Positions 1 to 13,737 of a stretch of 28,766 nt of DNA are shown piece after piece (the first letter of the stretch is position 1; each line of letters opens with the position of its first letter). The stretch lies in assembly GCA_013265495.1 (NCBI GenBank), contig MU058418.1:2999491-3028256 (forward strand), written 5' to 3'. This DNA comes from Vicugna vicugna (taxonomy: Eukaryota). The position numbers and the translations under genes are program-made. Under the pieces are notes generated by a model, which saw only the letters and a program-made list of their open reading frames with translations, was not told the origin of the DNA and did no database searches.

Positions 1-2565
<2,565 letters not shown>

Positions 2566-2606
2566 TCAGCCTTCAGCAAGGGACTCCTCGGCGGCCGCAG
2601 CAGCCA

Positions 2607-2629
2607 CCTCCTCCTCCTCCTCCTCCTCC
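2607..2629. repeat. (CCT)7CC / (GGA)n trinucleotide repeat upstream of the CDK19 ATG
   Basis: Read directly. Confidence 0.95.
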
Positions 2630-2768
2630 GCGGCGGTAGCGGCGGCTCCCGCAGGCACCCCCAGTCCCGCCTCCCCCCTTCATTTCCTTGTTTTGGAACC
2701 TGGTGGGCCGCGCCGCGGCTTCCTCGAGCTCATTAACGAACCAGCCCGCCCACCTCGAGGTTGCGGAG

Positions 2769-2840
2769 GCTCCTGGGAAATGTAGTTCCCTAGGCCTCAG
2801 GAGCGGCGAAGTTTTGCTGGTGAAAGAAATACAACTCCCA
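2769..2840. promoter_or_regulatory. Pair of oppositely oriented ZNF143/THAP11-type ACTACAnnTCCCA motifs
   Basis: ACTACATTTCCCA on the minus strand at 2774..2786 (exact match) and AATACAACTCCCA on the plus strand at 2828..2840 (one mismatch). Confidence 0.7.
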
Positions 2841-3175
2841 GGTTGGCTGGGGCCGCTACAGCCCCGCCTCCACGAGGCATGCAAGCCTGCGCACTGGGGC
2901 CGCCCCTCCCCCTCAGGTAGCGCTGGACTGCCAGTTCCTGTGAAGGTGGAAAGCGCGAAGTTGCACTACGCTTTCTGCGAGTCTGTGGGACACGGTGGAA
3001 AGAAAGTCCTTATTCTGATGTGAGGAAGGTACTCCGTTATAACTGCCCCCGGGCGAGGGGGAGACTGGAAAGTACTTAACAAGCGCCTTGCCCAGGAGTT
3101 TGCTCTAGTGGTTTGCGAGGCGAGGATTGCGGTTAGGACAGTTGTACTGCAGACTGCTGTTTGTTTTTTGCGGCA

Positions 3176-3440
3176 ATTGGTCCGCCTATTGCCCCGCCCC
3201 CGTCCAACTGCTCATTGGCAGGGGCTAGAGAATGACGTACTCGTTGGTGCGTGGGTATCCCCAGGCTTTGGCTCCTTTCCCGCTCTTGATTGGTAATTGA
3301 ATGTGCTCGGTTCTTCCTGATAGGTTAATCTTTTTTCTTTACGATGCAAAAACCGTATTTCAAATGCTGAACAGCCAGCGGTTTCCTAGTTCTAGCCTCG
3401 GTCTGATAACGTGTAACTTCTGGGCCGTAGCAGCCAATCA
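3176..3440. promoter_or_regulatory. CCAAT-box (NF-Y) cluster with GC box and CRE-like site
   Basis: ATTGG at 3176, 3214 and 3289; AGCCAATCA at 3432..3440; CCCCGCCCC at 3192..3200; TGACGT at 3233..3238. Confidence 0.55.
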
Positions 3441-4089
3441 TCCTTTTCTTGGCACTCTAGCCATGGTCTCATCCCCGCATAGGCGGTCCCACAGCCAAGC
3501 TTTTGGCCATCTGTCTAAGGACAGTGTAAGTGCCTACAGGATGCAGCGTTTTAAAAACAATCATTTGGTGTGGATTGTAAAGGACTTTTTACGGTTTATG
3601 CATAATGGTGACGTTCTCCTAGAATGTTTAAGAAAGTTTCCTTAATGAAGGTGAACACTGATCCATTATTACGTGGATAAACGTATCACATGCTTGGGAT
3701 ACAATCTTATACATGACTGGTGTTAGTATAGGGCTTATATACCACATTCAGTGGGCGCACAGAGGAGGGAATTGTCAGTTCTACAAGAAGTGGTAAGGAA
3801 AGTTAATCGTGATATGTTTGCTTGGTTTTGGAAGAAACCTGGGAAAGTAGCGGAAGGAGGAGGAAGGATCGTTTCTTTACTACAGCAGTTAAGTTTTCTA
3901 AGAAACTTCCGCAGATCTGGAAGTAAATCATGAAGTGTCTGAGTGTCTTCTTTCCAGACACTACGATAAGTGCTCGGGATAACAGATGAAAATTGGCCTT
4001 TTCCATCGGGGAACTAAAACCTATTGAAGAAATAAACATGCAAGCAAGTTAAAAAATAAACTGTATGGGTACAAAGAGCAACAGTAGAA

Positions 4090-4850
4090 TAGGAGGACTT
4101 CCAAAAGTGTCAAGGTAGACTTCATTAAGGAGGTGGGTTTGAGCCAAAATTTAAAGTATCTTATTTGGAGGACAGGTGGGGAAATAGGGAGTTGGGAATT
4201 AATTCAGGCAAAACGGCACATATGTATCTCATGAGAGAACTAGCTTGAACATTACAGGTTAAGGCAGAGAAAGGAGACGGCTAAGAAGAGACTGGAGAGA
4301 TAAGCAGAGGTTAAATTATGAAGAGCTATATATGTCAAGCAGAAGCTTTAGATTTCATCATTCTATTGGCAGTGGAAAGCCATTGAAGACTTTTGAGCTA
4401 AGAAGTACTGTAATCAATGTTATGTATTAAAAAAAAATCCTTCTGACAACAGTGTTCAGGATAGATTGGAGGAAGGTAAGAACAGTAAAACCACTGCATT
4501 GATTCTTGTAAAATACAAGAATCTGAACTATGGAGGAGCAGTGCTGATTATGAGGAAAAGGCAGATACCAGAACTGTTTACGAATCAAAGTCAGTAGGAC
4601 CTGGTGATTAATTAAATGTTGGATTAGGGGTTAGAGAATCATCCAAGATGACTTTAAGGTTTTTGGCTTTAATAATAAAGTAAGAAATAAAGTAATAGGA
4701 GAAATTTTTAAAGAGGATGATGAGTTTGACTGACACAAGTTGAATTGAAATACCTATGGGGCATCAAGATAGAAATAAATAAGCAGGTGAATATTTTTAC
4801 CTCCCAAAAGGAAGTCTGGCCTAAGTATAGACTAGGAAATCATTAGTGTA
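4090..4850 (-). mobile_element. Ancient LINE-2 fragment
   Basis: Typical antisense L2 words such as GGCAGTGGAAAGCCATTGAAGACTTTTGAG, CAAGATGACTTTAAGGTTTTTGGCTT and TTGAATTGAAATACCTATGGGGCATC. Confidence 0.7.
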
Positions 4851-4909
4851 TGATGGAGGGGTGTGGAGAATATTTTTTGGTTGGTTGCTATTTTTAAATA
4901 GGGGATTTG

Positions 4910-5030
4910 CATTCATTTTAACCTTCTTATGTCTTCAAAATATCCCTGTAAAGTATGTTGTATTATTACTCCAATTTTACATATGAACAAACTGAGACAG
5001 CCAGTAAATAGCAGAGCCAGGGACTAATGA
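4910..5030 (-). mobile_element. MIR SINE fragment
   Basis: Antisense MIR core ATTATTACTCCAATTTTACATATGAACAAACTGAG. Confidence 0.7.
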
Positions 5031-5269
5031 ATATGCACTTGGGAGTAAAGGAAGGTGGAAAAGTCTATTAGTAAAAAATCAAATTGTAGATTATGAAAAG
5101 CTTAACTAAAAAACTCAAAAAATTTGACCACACCCTATGTTACCAACAACAGAAACAGACACTCTCCTGCATTGCCAGTAAAAGTATATATTCACAAAAT
5201 ATATGCCAAGATTTTAGTCTTGGCAACATCTATCAGAATTACATAACAGTATCCTGTAGTTATACTCCT

Positions 5270-5695
5270 TACAGTGGATGCTGTGATGAGCCTTCCCAGA
5301 CTCCCCTTACTGTTCCCCAAGGTGCTAGGAGTGCAGCCACAGACAGCCTTCATCTGTCAGCCCTCTTCAGGAACTCCCTTAGCTAAAGAGCCACCTCACC
5401 TCACCGTTTTCCCAGAGCAACCCACATCCAATGGCTAATCAATGCAGGGATATAAAGGCCCAGACCTCTCATCCCAGTTCAAGACAACTCTCATGGGTCA
5501 TCTTATCTTCAGAACTTCCTGTGGAGTTGATTCAGGCCATCACTGAGTATGCATTGCAGATCGACTTCTCAATCTCCTTCATCCTGCTTTATCCCTTTTC
5601 CTTCCAGAGGTATTGATCCTAGTAATAGTCTGTAATAAACTAATTACCTATTAATCTCCATCTCAGGATCTGCCTCCCCAGGAGCCCAACTTGTG
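5270..5695 (+). mobile_element. ERVL solo LTR, LTR16-like
   Basis: Starts (T)ACAGTGGATGCTGTG, has TATAAA at 5451 and AATAAA at 5634, and ends with CTCCATCTCAGGATCTGCCTCCCCAGGAGCCCAAC, resembling the LTR16 terminus. Confidence 0.65.
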
Positions 5696-5699
5696 GAAT

Positions 5700-6580
5700 T
5701 CCCTATATGTGCCAGGTGATATAATTCAAGGTTATTTGTTGAGCATTGGTTCTAATAGGAGAGGACTGGGAAACAACAGAAATGTTCATTAGAAGAGGGC
5801 TGGATAAAGAAATTATGGCACATCCAACAATGGATTATTATGCACCCCTAAAAATAATGTGAAAGCTGTGAAAGATATGCCTCCCATATCTCCTCCCTGC
5901 AGGAAGGTCCCAGTTGCTAAGCTCTGAATGTACCACTGCGTTTGCAATGAGCCCACACTCCCCAAGGTTGCTCCTAGTCTATAACTGAACCTAGCAGCAT
6001 ACTAAGGCAGGTCTGTTTCTGCAAGATGCACAATTCCTCTGACAGGTGAAGTTAGCTTAAGGACTCCCCAGGCTGAAGCCTATCTGAAACTTTCTTAGAG
6101 CTGTATTGCTGTCTTGAGTCACTGCCTACTCAACCCTCCTTTCTTCCCTCTCTCCTTCCCAGGGGTCAATCAACATCAAAATCTGACAGCTCCTTCAACT
6201 CCCTCCTCCCTCTCCCTCACAGAGATTTCCTCCAATAAATGTCTTGCATGTCCAATCCTATCCTGCTATCTGCTTTTCAGAAGACCTGAGCAATGAGGAA
6301 ATTGTTTAGGTACTGAAATGAAAAGACCTCTGAGATCTATTTTTAACTAAAAAAAGGAAGAATCAGAAGATTGTCTATAATATGCTAACATGTTTATACA
6401 AAAGAAAAAATACATATTTATATATATATGCATGACTTGTCTCTAAAAGACCCACAAGAAACTCTTCGCTCAGGGAAGGAAAGCTGTGCTTAAGAAACAG
6501 AGGTAGGAGGGAGAATTTGTGTTTTTGTACCTTTTTGAATTTTGATCCATGAAATGTTGCCTTTTGAAAGGTAAATAATT
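5700..6580 (+). mobile_element. Old L1M 3' region (5700..5865 and 6295..6580), split by an LTR
   Basis: CTGGGAAACAACAGAAATGTTCATTAGAAGAGGGCTGGATAAAGAAATTATGGCACATCC and a downstream L1MC/ME-like 3' end. Confidence 0.6.
5867..6292 (+). mobile_element. Second ERVL solo LTR, LTR16-like
   Basis: TG start, pyrimidine-rich tract, then CCTCCAATAAATGTCTTGCATGTCCAATCC...TCTGCTTTTCAGAAGACCTGA, resembling an LTR16 3' end; interrupts the L1M. Confidence 0.55.
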
Positions 6581-6749
6581 TTTTTTTAAATAGGAGCTTG
6601 ACTAAGAAAGGAAGGAGAAAGATAGGACTGTAACTACCGTGGTCAAGAGAGGTTCAGAGTTTTGTTACTAGTTTGTTTTTAATAGGAGGAAGGAACTTTT
6701 CATATACTGAGGGGAAAGAGCTGGCAGAGAAAGAAAAGGTAAAACCAAT

Positions 6750-7013
6750 ACTTAGAACCACCCTATTTTTCAGTACAGCATTCAATAAATGACATGCGAT
6801 ATTCAATACTTTATTATAAAATAGACTTTGCGTTAGATGATTTTGCCCAACTGTAGACTAATATAAGTGTTCTGAGCACATTTAAGGTAGGCTAGGCTAA
6901 GCTATGATGTTTGGCAGGTTAGGTGTATTAAATGCAGTTTTGACTTAATGATATTTTCAATTTAACGATGAACTTATTTGGACATAACCCCATCATAATC
7001 TGAGGAAGATCTG
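6750..7013 (-). mobile_element. MER47A-like TcMar-Tigger DNA transposon (one end retained)
   Basis: TTTAAGGTAGGCTAGGCTAAGCTATGATGTTTGGCAGGTTAGGTGTATTAAATGCA matches the recalled MER47A consensus; the terminus GAGGAAGATCTG is followed by TA (7014..7015). Confidence 0.85.
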
Positions 7014-7159
7014 TAATAACTTTCCATTTCTACGTTATGTGGGAAGCATGATCAAATGCAGAGAAAAAAAGCAATGGGAGTAAGGGCAGGAGGCTTGAGG
7101 AAGAAATGGTAGTTTGGGTACTTTTTTTGGCAAGTAAATATAGTGAGAATGAGAGGTAA

Positions 7160-7345
7160 CATTTATTGAACCCTAGGCATTTTATATAAACTGGCTAATA
7201 TCCTTACAACCACCCTATGAGAAAGGTGTGCACTATCTCCATTTTTCAGAAAGAAAACTGAGGCTCCAGGAAGACAGTTTGTGTTACAGTTAGTCAGTGA
7301 TAGGATTTGATGCCAAGTCTCTAAGACAACAGAGCATAAAGACTG
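7160..7345 (-). mobile_element. MIR SINE
   Basis: CCTTACAACCACCCTATGAG...CTCCATTTTTCAGAAAGAAAACTGAGGCTC antisense core. Confidence 0.8.
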
Positions 7346-7949
7346 CACTGCCGAGTATTGTTAGTGCCTTTTATCAAGATCAAATGACCCCAATGAGATA
7401 TTTCATCCTCTTTGTCTTGAACTCACCTTTGTATGTTAAAATTACCACCTCTGCTTTTTTTTCTTCATATTTGCTTGATTTCAGTCATTAGTTCCCCCTC
7501 CTCAGTGCATAGAAGAGTCAGGGCTTATGAAATACAGAGAATTTATGGTTGCCACTGCCATTGAGATGTTCGTTGTCTCAGTATGTATAAATCCTTCCTT
7601 GCCCTTGCTCTTTCTGCTCAACCAGCAACAGTTCTCTGGCCAATCAGATTTCAGAGTATTAACTGTCATGTAAATACATGTTAGTCTTCTGAGAGGCATA
7701 CTCAGCTTACTTAAACGTTGATTAAAAGTCTGAGAAAAAAATTCCTTTTAATAAGGATGGTCTATGCCCAAAGGCTGTTGGGGAAACTGATTCTGGTCTC
7801 TTCAGTAGAGTCAGTGTCAGGGAAGCTGAGGAAGAGGAATGGGAGGCAATAGGATTAAGAATCAAACCTCTCTACTAGATGAGGGTGCAGGCCAGACTAA
7901 GGGAGGGATGCCCACCTGCTGCCAATAGATTGTAGGAAGAGGTGGATGC

Positions 7950-8371
7950 CTTTGTCAGTTTCCTAGGGCTATTGTAACAAATTACCACAAACTGGGAGGC
8001 TTAAAACAATAGGAATTTATTGTCTCACAGTTCTGAGGCCAGAAGTCTGAAATCAAAGTGTAGGGAAGGTCGGTTCCTTCTAGGAACTCAGAGGGAAAAT
8101 CTATTCTGTGCCTCTCTTCTAGATTCTGGTGGCTGCTGGTAAATGTTGGCATTCCTTGGCTTATGGCAGGGTAACTCCAACCTCTGCCTCCATCTTCACA
8201 GGGCCTTATCCAAACTCCCCTCTTCTTAAAAGGACATCAGTCATATTAGGTTTAGGCCCCACCCTAATACAGTATGACCTCACTGTAACTTGTGAATATC
8301 TACAAAGACCTTACCACACTCTCAGATTCTAGGTGGACATAAATTTGGGGGGACACTATCCAACCAGGACA
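7950..8371 (-). mobile_element. MaLR solo LTR, MLT1B/C-like
   Basis: AGTTTCCTAGGGCTATTGTAACAAATTACCACAAACTGGGAGGCTTAAAACAATAGGAATTTATT start and TTTGGGGGGACACTATCCAACC...ACA end. Confidence 0.88.
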
Positions 8372-9829
8372 GTACCCAACCTTTGACTCTGTTCCTGAAT
8401 GAGGGACCATTCTGAAAGAGGGAAGAAAATGGTCCTTGCCTTACCCCATACCACACTGAGTGGGAGTGAGAGGGAATCTTTGGCGTTCCCAGACTGAGGT
8501 TTCTCATTTACGTTTTTCTTTTCATAAAGGAGAGTCTAAGTACAAGAATGTTATTAAAACACTCCCTCTTCATCTTTTAGCCAAATGTCTCTATTCTAAT
8601 AACAAAAACATATCATGGTAAATGGATCTGATCCTTAAAAAAGCCTGGTATTCTAATCTGTAGGCAGATTACAAGATCTTCTTGTTTTTATTGTCATTTT
8701 TTAGTACATCACATATAGGAAAATATAGGATGTCCTCATATATACAGTAACTACAGTGTGCTACAAAACAACAACAAAGTGGGTTGATCAGTCTCACTAC
8801 TGATACTTATTTCATATTGATGCTTATGTGATGTTTATTTCAAAGACACCTGGGGGAACTTTTTTTTTTTACCATTTAGAAGAGAAAAAAAATTAAATTC
8901 CTCCCAAGGAGGAGCAAGACTCCATAGGAACCTTATTTGTCTATTTGGCTTACTGTGCTTTCAGGAAAACATAGAGAAAGAGGAAATTAAAAGTCCACAA
9001 ACCCGACTTTGCTAGTCATCTTTCATTCTTTATAAACTTCTCGGCTCCAATATATCATGCATTGTTCCCTGACTCCAAAATGCAGCCTGCATGCAGCCTG
9101 CATGCAGCAGGTTTTAAACAAAGAAACAAATGAGAACCACTCAAAAATGAGTAAGACCTAATCACATTGCCAGTCAGGAATTTGAAAAGTTTGATCTCAA
9201 CGTTAAAAAACTGAGTTCATTTGATACAGGTAGAGAACTACAATGAATGAATAAAGTGATAGTTTCAATAGTGTATTCAAGTCAGAAGGAAAGGTGGGTG
9301 TACCCGACTTCCAATGGATTACTCATGAAGAGGACTGAGCTGCAAATCTTGCAGATCAGGTTCCAGGCATTTGTGATAGAAGTAGGAAGCAAAGCCATGA
9401 CTGTTTTTTAATGCTTATGTCCTTAGTCATGACTAGTTTATAAGTTATGTGGCAGTCAAGTTTGAATATGGATAAAATTTCTCTCAACACAGTCTTATCT
9501 AGGTCAGGGAAATTAATTGACGAGATTTACTTAGTGGATTCCTTGTGGTTTAAGGCTCAACTCAGGATCATCTCTTTCATTCGCTTGTAGGCTGGGTGCC
9601 CCTCATCCATGCTGGTAACACCCTGTCAGACCTCTCTACATTTTGCTTCCCTAATGCGTATCATGTTCATACGGCTTTCTTCCAAGATAGTTTATGAGCT
9701 CCTCAATGAGCAAGGATTGGTTGTTGTCCACACTCTTATATTTGATTATTTTTTTATCTGGGTATACAATTCCAAATTTAAAATCAGTTTTCCTCAGAAC
9801 CATGAAGGCATTAACCCCACTGTTTTCTA

Positions 9830-10440
9830 ACACTCAGTGCTTCAGATGTGTCATAAGCCTGTTTTACCCCTTGTTAGGGGTCCTACTTTTTCCATAGAAA
9901 TGTTTAGGATCTATTCTTTAATCTTGAGGATATAATCTTTCACAAGGATGTGTCCGAGTGTGGTATTTTTCATTCATTTTGCTCTATTATTTTCTCTGAC
10001 ATTTTCCTTCCTCCTCTCCACTGCTGTCACTACTCCTTTTTGCACCCTTTTGGGGACTCTCATTGACTCTCATGTTGAACTTCGTATGCTGATTCTTAAT
10101 GCCTCTTACCTGTTCTCTCTTTCAGTTTCCTCTGAGGAGTTAATACTTATATTAGAGGTCTTGGCATTTCCCTTCTCTTAGAGAATAGCACTCCTGTTTC
10201 TGGCTTGATGCCAAGTGTCTGCTTTCTTTGCTTTGATAACATTTTGCCTTCAGAACGAATGGAGCTGATAAGGAAAGGTCAACTGTTCTATATGTAGTTC
10301 TCCAATTAACATCCCAACTCTTATGTCTGTATGCCAACTATAGCAGCCTCAAAACTTCTCAGAGGTTCACGGCAGACCACCTGCATCTCTCCAGCCTTGT
10401 AGATGAAGAGTGCAGCTTCCTGTATTACATCTGTCAAAAT
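9830..10440 (-). mobile_element. Highly diverged L1M fragment (ORF1-region-like)
   Basis: T/C-rich strand bias and words such as TTTCACAAGGATGTGTCCGAGTGTGG; weak match. Confidence 0.4.
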
Positions 10441-10474
10441 AGTACTATAGAAATGTTTTAAAAGTTCATTCTCA

Positions 10475-10622
10475 GAGGAGGATATAGCTTGGTGGTAGGG
10501 TACATGCCTAGCACACAGGAGGTCCTGGTTTCAATCCCCTGTACCTCCATTAAAATAAGTAAATAAACTTTATCACCTCCCCTCCTGCAAAAAATAAAAA
10601 ATATATTTAAAAAAATTTTTTA
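10475..10622 (+). mobile_element. tRNA-Ala-derived SINE (camelid Vic-1-like)
   Basis: tRNA-like head with A/B boxes, AAATAAAC..ACCTCCCC body and A-rich tail; 15-bp TSD AAAAG(T/C)TCATTCTCA at 10460..10474 and 10623..10637, at a TT/AAAA site. Confidence 0.9.
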
Positions 10623-10769
10623 AAAAGCTCATTCTCAAGTCTCTCCACCACTAGTTTGTTCTTCTTTGTACTTCTGAATCTGTCTTTCCGTGGTACCTAA
10701 GAGGAACAGGAAGAAGATGTGTGTTCAGCTCCCCATCCCCCATCTCTAACCAGAAGCAAGAAATCACAG

Positions 10770-10868
10770 TATGAAGGCAAAGGCTAAGTCTGTTTTATTT
10801 ACCAATAAATATCCAGTGCCTAGCTATTTATAGTACTCCTTAGACACTCAACAATTTGTTAAATAAAA
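10770..10868 (+). mobile_element. L2 3' end
   Basis: ATCCAGTGCCTAGC...ACTCAACAATTTGTTAAATAAA. Confidence 0.55.
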
Positions 10869-10971
10869 GAATTCTTCAGGTATTCAAAGAGTTTATCCCT
10901 CTTCTTTATGACTTATCATCTATAGTAGCCAAATGAACATGGCAATAGAATTGGGGATATACTCCTTTTTT

Positions 10972-11088
10972 CTTTTAATAGACTTTCTTTTTTAGGGCAG
11001 TTTTAGGTTCACCACAAAATTGGGAACAAGGAACAGATATTTCCCGTATACTTCCTGACCCCACAAATCCATACCCTTCCCCATTATC
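10972..11088 (-). mobile_element. Old L1M 3' terminal fragment
   Basis: TAATAGACTTTCTTTTTTAGGGCAGTTTTAGGTTCACCACAAAATTG. Confidence 0.7.
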
Positions 11089-11106
11089 GAGGGGTATAGC
11101 ACTAGT

Positions 11107-11403
11107 TTTTATTTTTTCTTATACTTTTTTTTAATTGAGGTATAGTTGATTTACAGTATTATATAAGTTTCAGGTGTATAGCACAGTGATTCATAATCTT
11201 TAAAGATTATACTCCATTTATAGTTATTATAAAATATTGGCTATATTCCCTGTGCTGTACAATGTATCTTTGTAGTTTATTTATTTTATACATAGTAGTT
11301 TGTTTAATTCCCTACCCATATCGTGCCCTTCCCCTCCTCCCTCTCCCCATTGGTAACCAATAATTTGTTCTCTATATCTGTGAGTGTGTTATATTCACTA
11401 GTT
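11107..11403 (-). mobile_element. 5'-truncated L1 (3' UTR only) with TSD
   Basis: T-rich tail followed by AATTGAGGTATAGTTGATTTACAGTATTATATAAGTTTCAGGTGTA; flanked by TATAGCACT(A/G)GT at 11095 and 11404. Confidence 0.88.
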
Positions 11404-11415
11404 TATAGCACTGGT

Positions 11416-11670
11416 GTTTGGGGGTTTTTTGTGTATGATGTAAACACAAAAGCTTTATTTTCCTCTCATTAAAATAAGTCTAAGAGTAGAACACTCACAC
11501 ACATAAAGAGACCAGGCATTTTCCATCTTCTTAGTCCACAATCCTTGGCATGTCAGCTCAGGAATCAACATGGTAGCTAAAGCTTCCTTCAGTCATTGAG
11601 TTCATGTTCCAGTTGGCACAAAACAAGAAAGGACTTAAATGCCTTCCTGGGGTACTCTATCAGGTAACTT
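11416..11670 (-). mobile_element. MLT1J/K-like MaLR LTR fragment bounded by long direct repeats
   Basis: GCTTTATTTTCCTCTCA...GACCAGGCATTTTCCATCTT...CCACAATCCTTGGCATG...CATGTTCCAG resembles antisense MLT1J; flanked by TATAGCACT(G/A)GT at 11404 and 11671. Confidence 0.5.
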
Positions 11671-11979
11671 TATAGCACTAGTTTTGATGATGCAAATACA
11701 TCTAGAGAAATGAAACAAAGATACTTTTATCCACTAGGGGGAAAAAAAAGAATGCTTCAGATAGCCTAATTACAAGAACTGATTAAACTGAAATTGAAGC
11801 TGGGAGCCACTGTCAATGAAGTAGATCTGGAGGAAAAATTGGAATGTGCTTGATTAAATATTCTCATAAATAATTTCATATCTTCCCATTGACTTTATCA
11901 TTATTGACTGATAAATATTCTATAGCCTATAGCATATTTAGTCTATATACTTCTGTAAAATTTTGAAGACTCAGTATAC

Positions 11980-12200
11980 CAACTGCTCTCAATTACTTTG
12001 GACTCTGCACACTTTTACCCTCTTAAAAATTGAGGCTCCAAAGCATTTTGTTTATGTGGGCTGAATTGATCAATAATGTATTTGAAATAATAAATATACT
12101 AGCATATTTGCATGAAACATAACTACTTTCCAAAACAAATATAAAATTAGTGAAAAGAATGTCTTTTTTTTATCTGGATTAATAGAATACAGGTAGATTT
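11980..12200. mobile_element. hAT-Charlie (Charlie1-like) fragment
   Basis: CTTTTACCCTCTTAAAAATTGAGGCTCCAAAGCATTTTGTTTATGTGGG and TCTGGATTAATAGAATACAG resemble the Charlie1 end region. Confidence 0.6.
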
Positions 12201-12201
12201 C

Positions 12202-13737
12202 TTTTTTTATTTTTTATTTGAAGTTTTATTTGAAGATTTTTAATTTTTTTATTGAAGTTTAGTCAGTTTACAATGTTATATCAATTTCTGTGTGCATACA
12301 TAATAGTTGATACATATACATACATACATTCATTTTCATATTCTTTTTCATTATAGGTTACTACAAGATATTGAATATAGTTCCATGTGCTATACAGTAT
12401 AAACTTGTAGTTTATCTATTTTATATATAGTAGTTAGTATCTTTAAGTCTCAAACTCCTAATTTTTCCTTTCCCACCCCTTTCCTCACTGGTAACCATGT
12501 TTGTTTTCTATGTCTGTGAGTATGTTTCTGTTTTGTAAATAAGTTCATTTGTCTTTTTTAGATATCACATATAAGTTGATATCATATGGTATTTTTCTTT
12601 CTCTTTCTGGCGTACCTCACTTAGAATGACATTCTCCAGGTCCATCCATGTTGCTGCAAATGGCATTATTTTATTATTTTTTGTGGCTAAGTAGTATTCC
12701 ATTGTGTATATATACCACAATTTCTTTATCCAATCATCTGTCGATGGACATTTAGGTCATTTTCATGTCTTGGCTATTGTGTATAGTGCTGCTGTGAACA
12801 CTGAGGTGCATGTATCTTTTTGAATTAAGGTTCCCTCTGGTTATATGCCCAGGAGTGAGATTGCTGGATCATATGGTAAGTTTATTTTTAGTTTTTTAAG
12901 GACTCTCCATACTGTTTTCCATAATGGCGGCACCAAACTACATTCCCACCAACAGTGTAGGAGGGTTCCCTTTTCTTCACACCCTCTCCAGCATTTATCA
13001 TTTGTGGACTTTTGAATGATGGCCATTCTGACTGGTGTGAGGTAATACCTCATTGTAGTCTTGATTTGCATTTCTCTGATAAGTAGCAATATAGAACATT
13101 TTTTCATATACCTATTGGCCATTTGTATGTCTTCACTGGAGAAATGCTTGTTTAGGTCCTCTGCCCATTTTTGGATTGGGTTGTTTGTTTTCTTATTCTT
13201 AAGTTGTATGGGCTGTTTTATATTTTAGAAATTAATCCCTTGTCAGTCACATCATTTGCAAATATTTTCTCCCATTTTGTTGGTTGTCTCTTTGTTTTGC
13301 TTATGATTTACTTTGCTGTGCAAAAGCTTGTAAGTTTAATTAGGTCCCATTTATTTATTTTTGTTTTTGTTTCTATTTCTATTTTTATTTCTATTGGCCT
13401 AGGAGAAAATTGCTAAGATTTATGTCAGAGAAAGTTTTGCCTATGTTCTCTTCTAGGAGGTTTATAGTGTCTTACATTTAAGTCTTTAAGCTACTTTGAG
13501 TTTATTTTTGTGTATGGTGTGAGGGAGTGTTCTAACTTCACTGATTTACATGTGGCTGTCCAGCTTTCCCAATACCATTTGCTGAAGACTGTCTTTCTCC
13601 ATTGTATATTCTTGCCTCCTTTGTCAAAGATTAATTGACCATAGGTGTGTGTGTTTATTTCTGGGCTCTCTATTCTGTTCCATTGATCCATATGTCTGTT
13701 TTTGTGTCAGTACTATACTGTTTTGATTACTATAGCT
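12202..13737 (-). mobile_element. 5'-truncated LINE-1 (ORF2 C-terminus, 3' UTR, tail), decayed
   Basis: ORF2 peptides [30 protein letters not shown] (13491..13691) and [45 protein letters not shown] (12841..13122), separated by frameshifts and stops; T-rich tail at ~12202..12250. Confidence 0.96.

Noticed and set aside
8780..8835. Possible C/D box snoRNA from TGAT/CTGA words
   Set aside because: No properly ordered RTGATGA...CTGA boxes with a terminal stem.
9080..9108. Short tandem duplication ATGCAGCCTGC x2 (similar cases near 17380..17405 and 24122..24152)
   Set aside because: Consistent with ordinary replication slippage; no further structure.
12841..13691. ORF2-like reading frames as active genes (also 22578..22811 and 23490..23675)
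   Set aside because: 5'-truncated, frameshifted L1 fragments with no promoter or RT domain.
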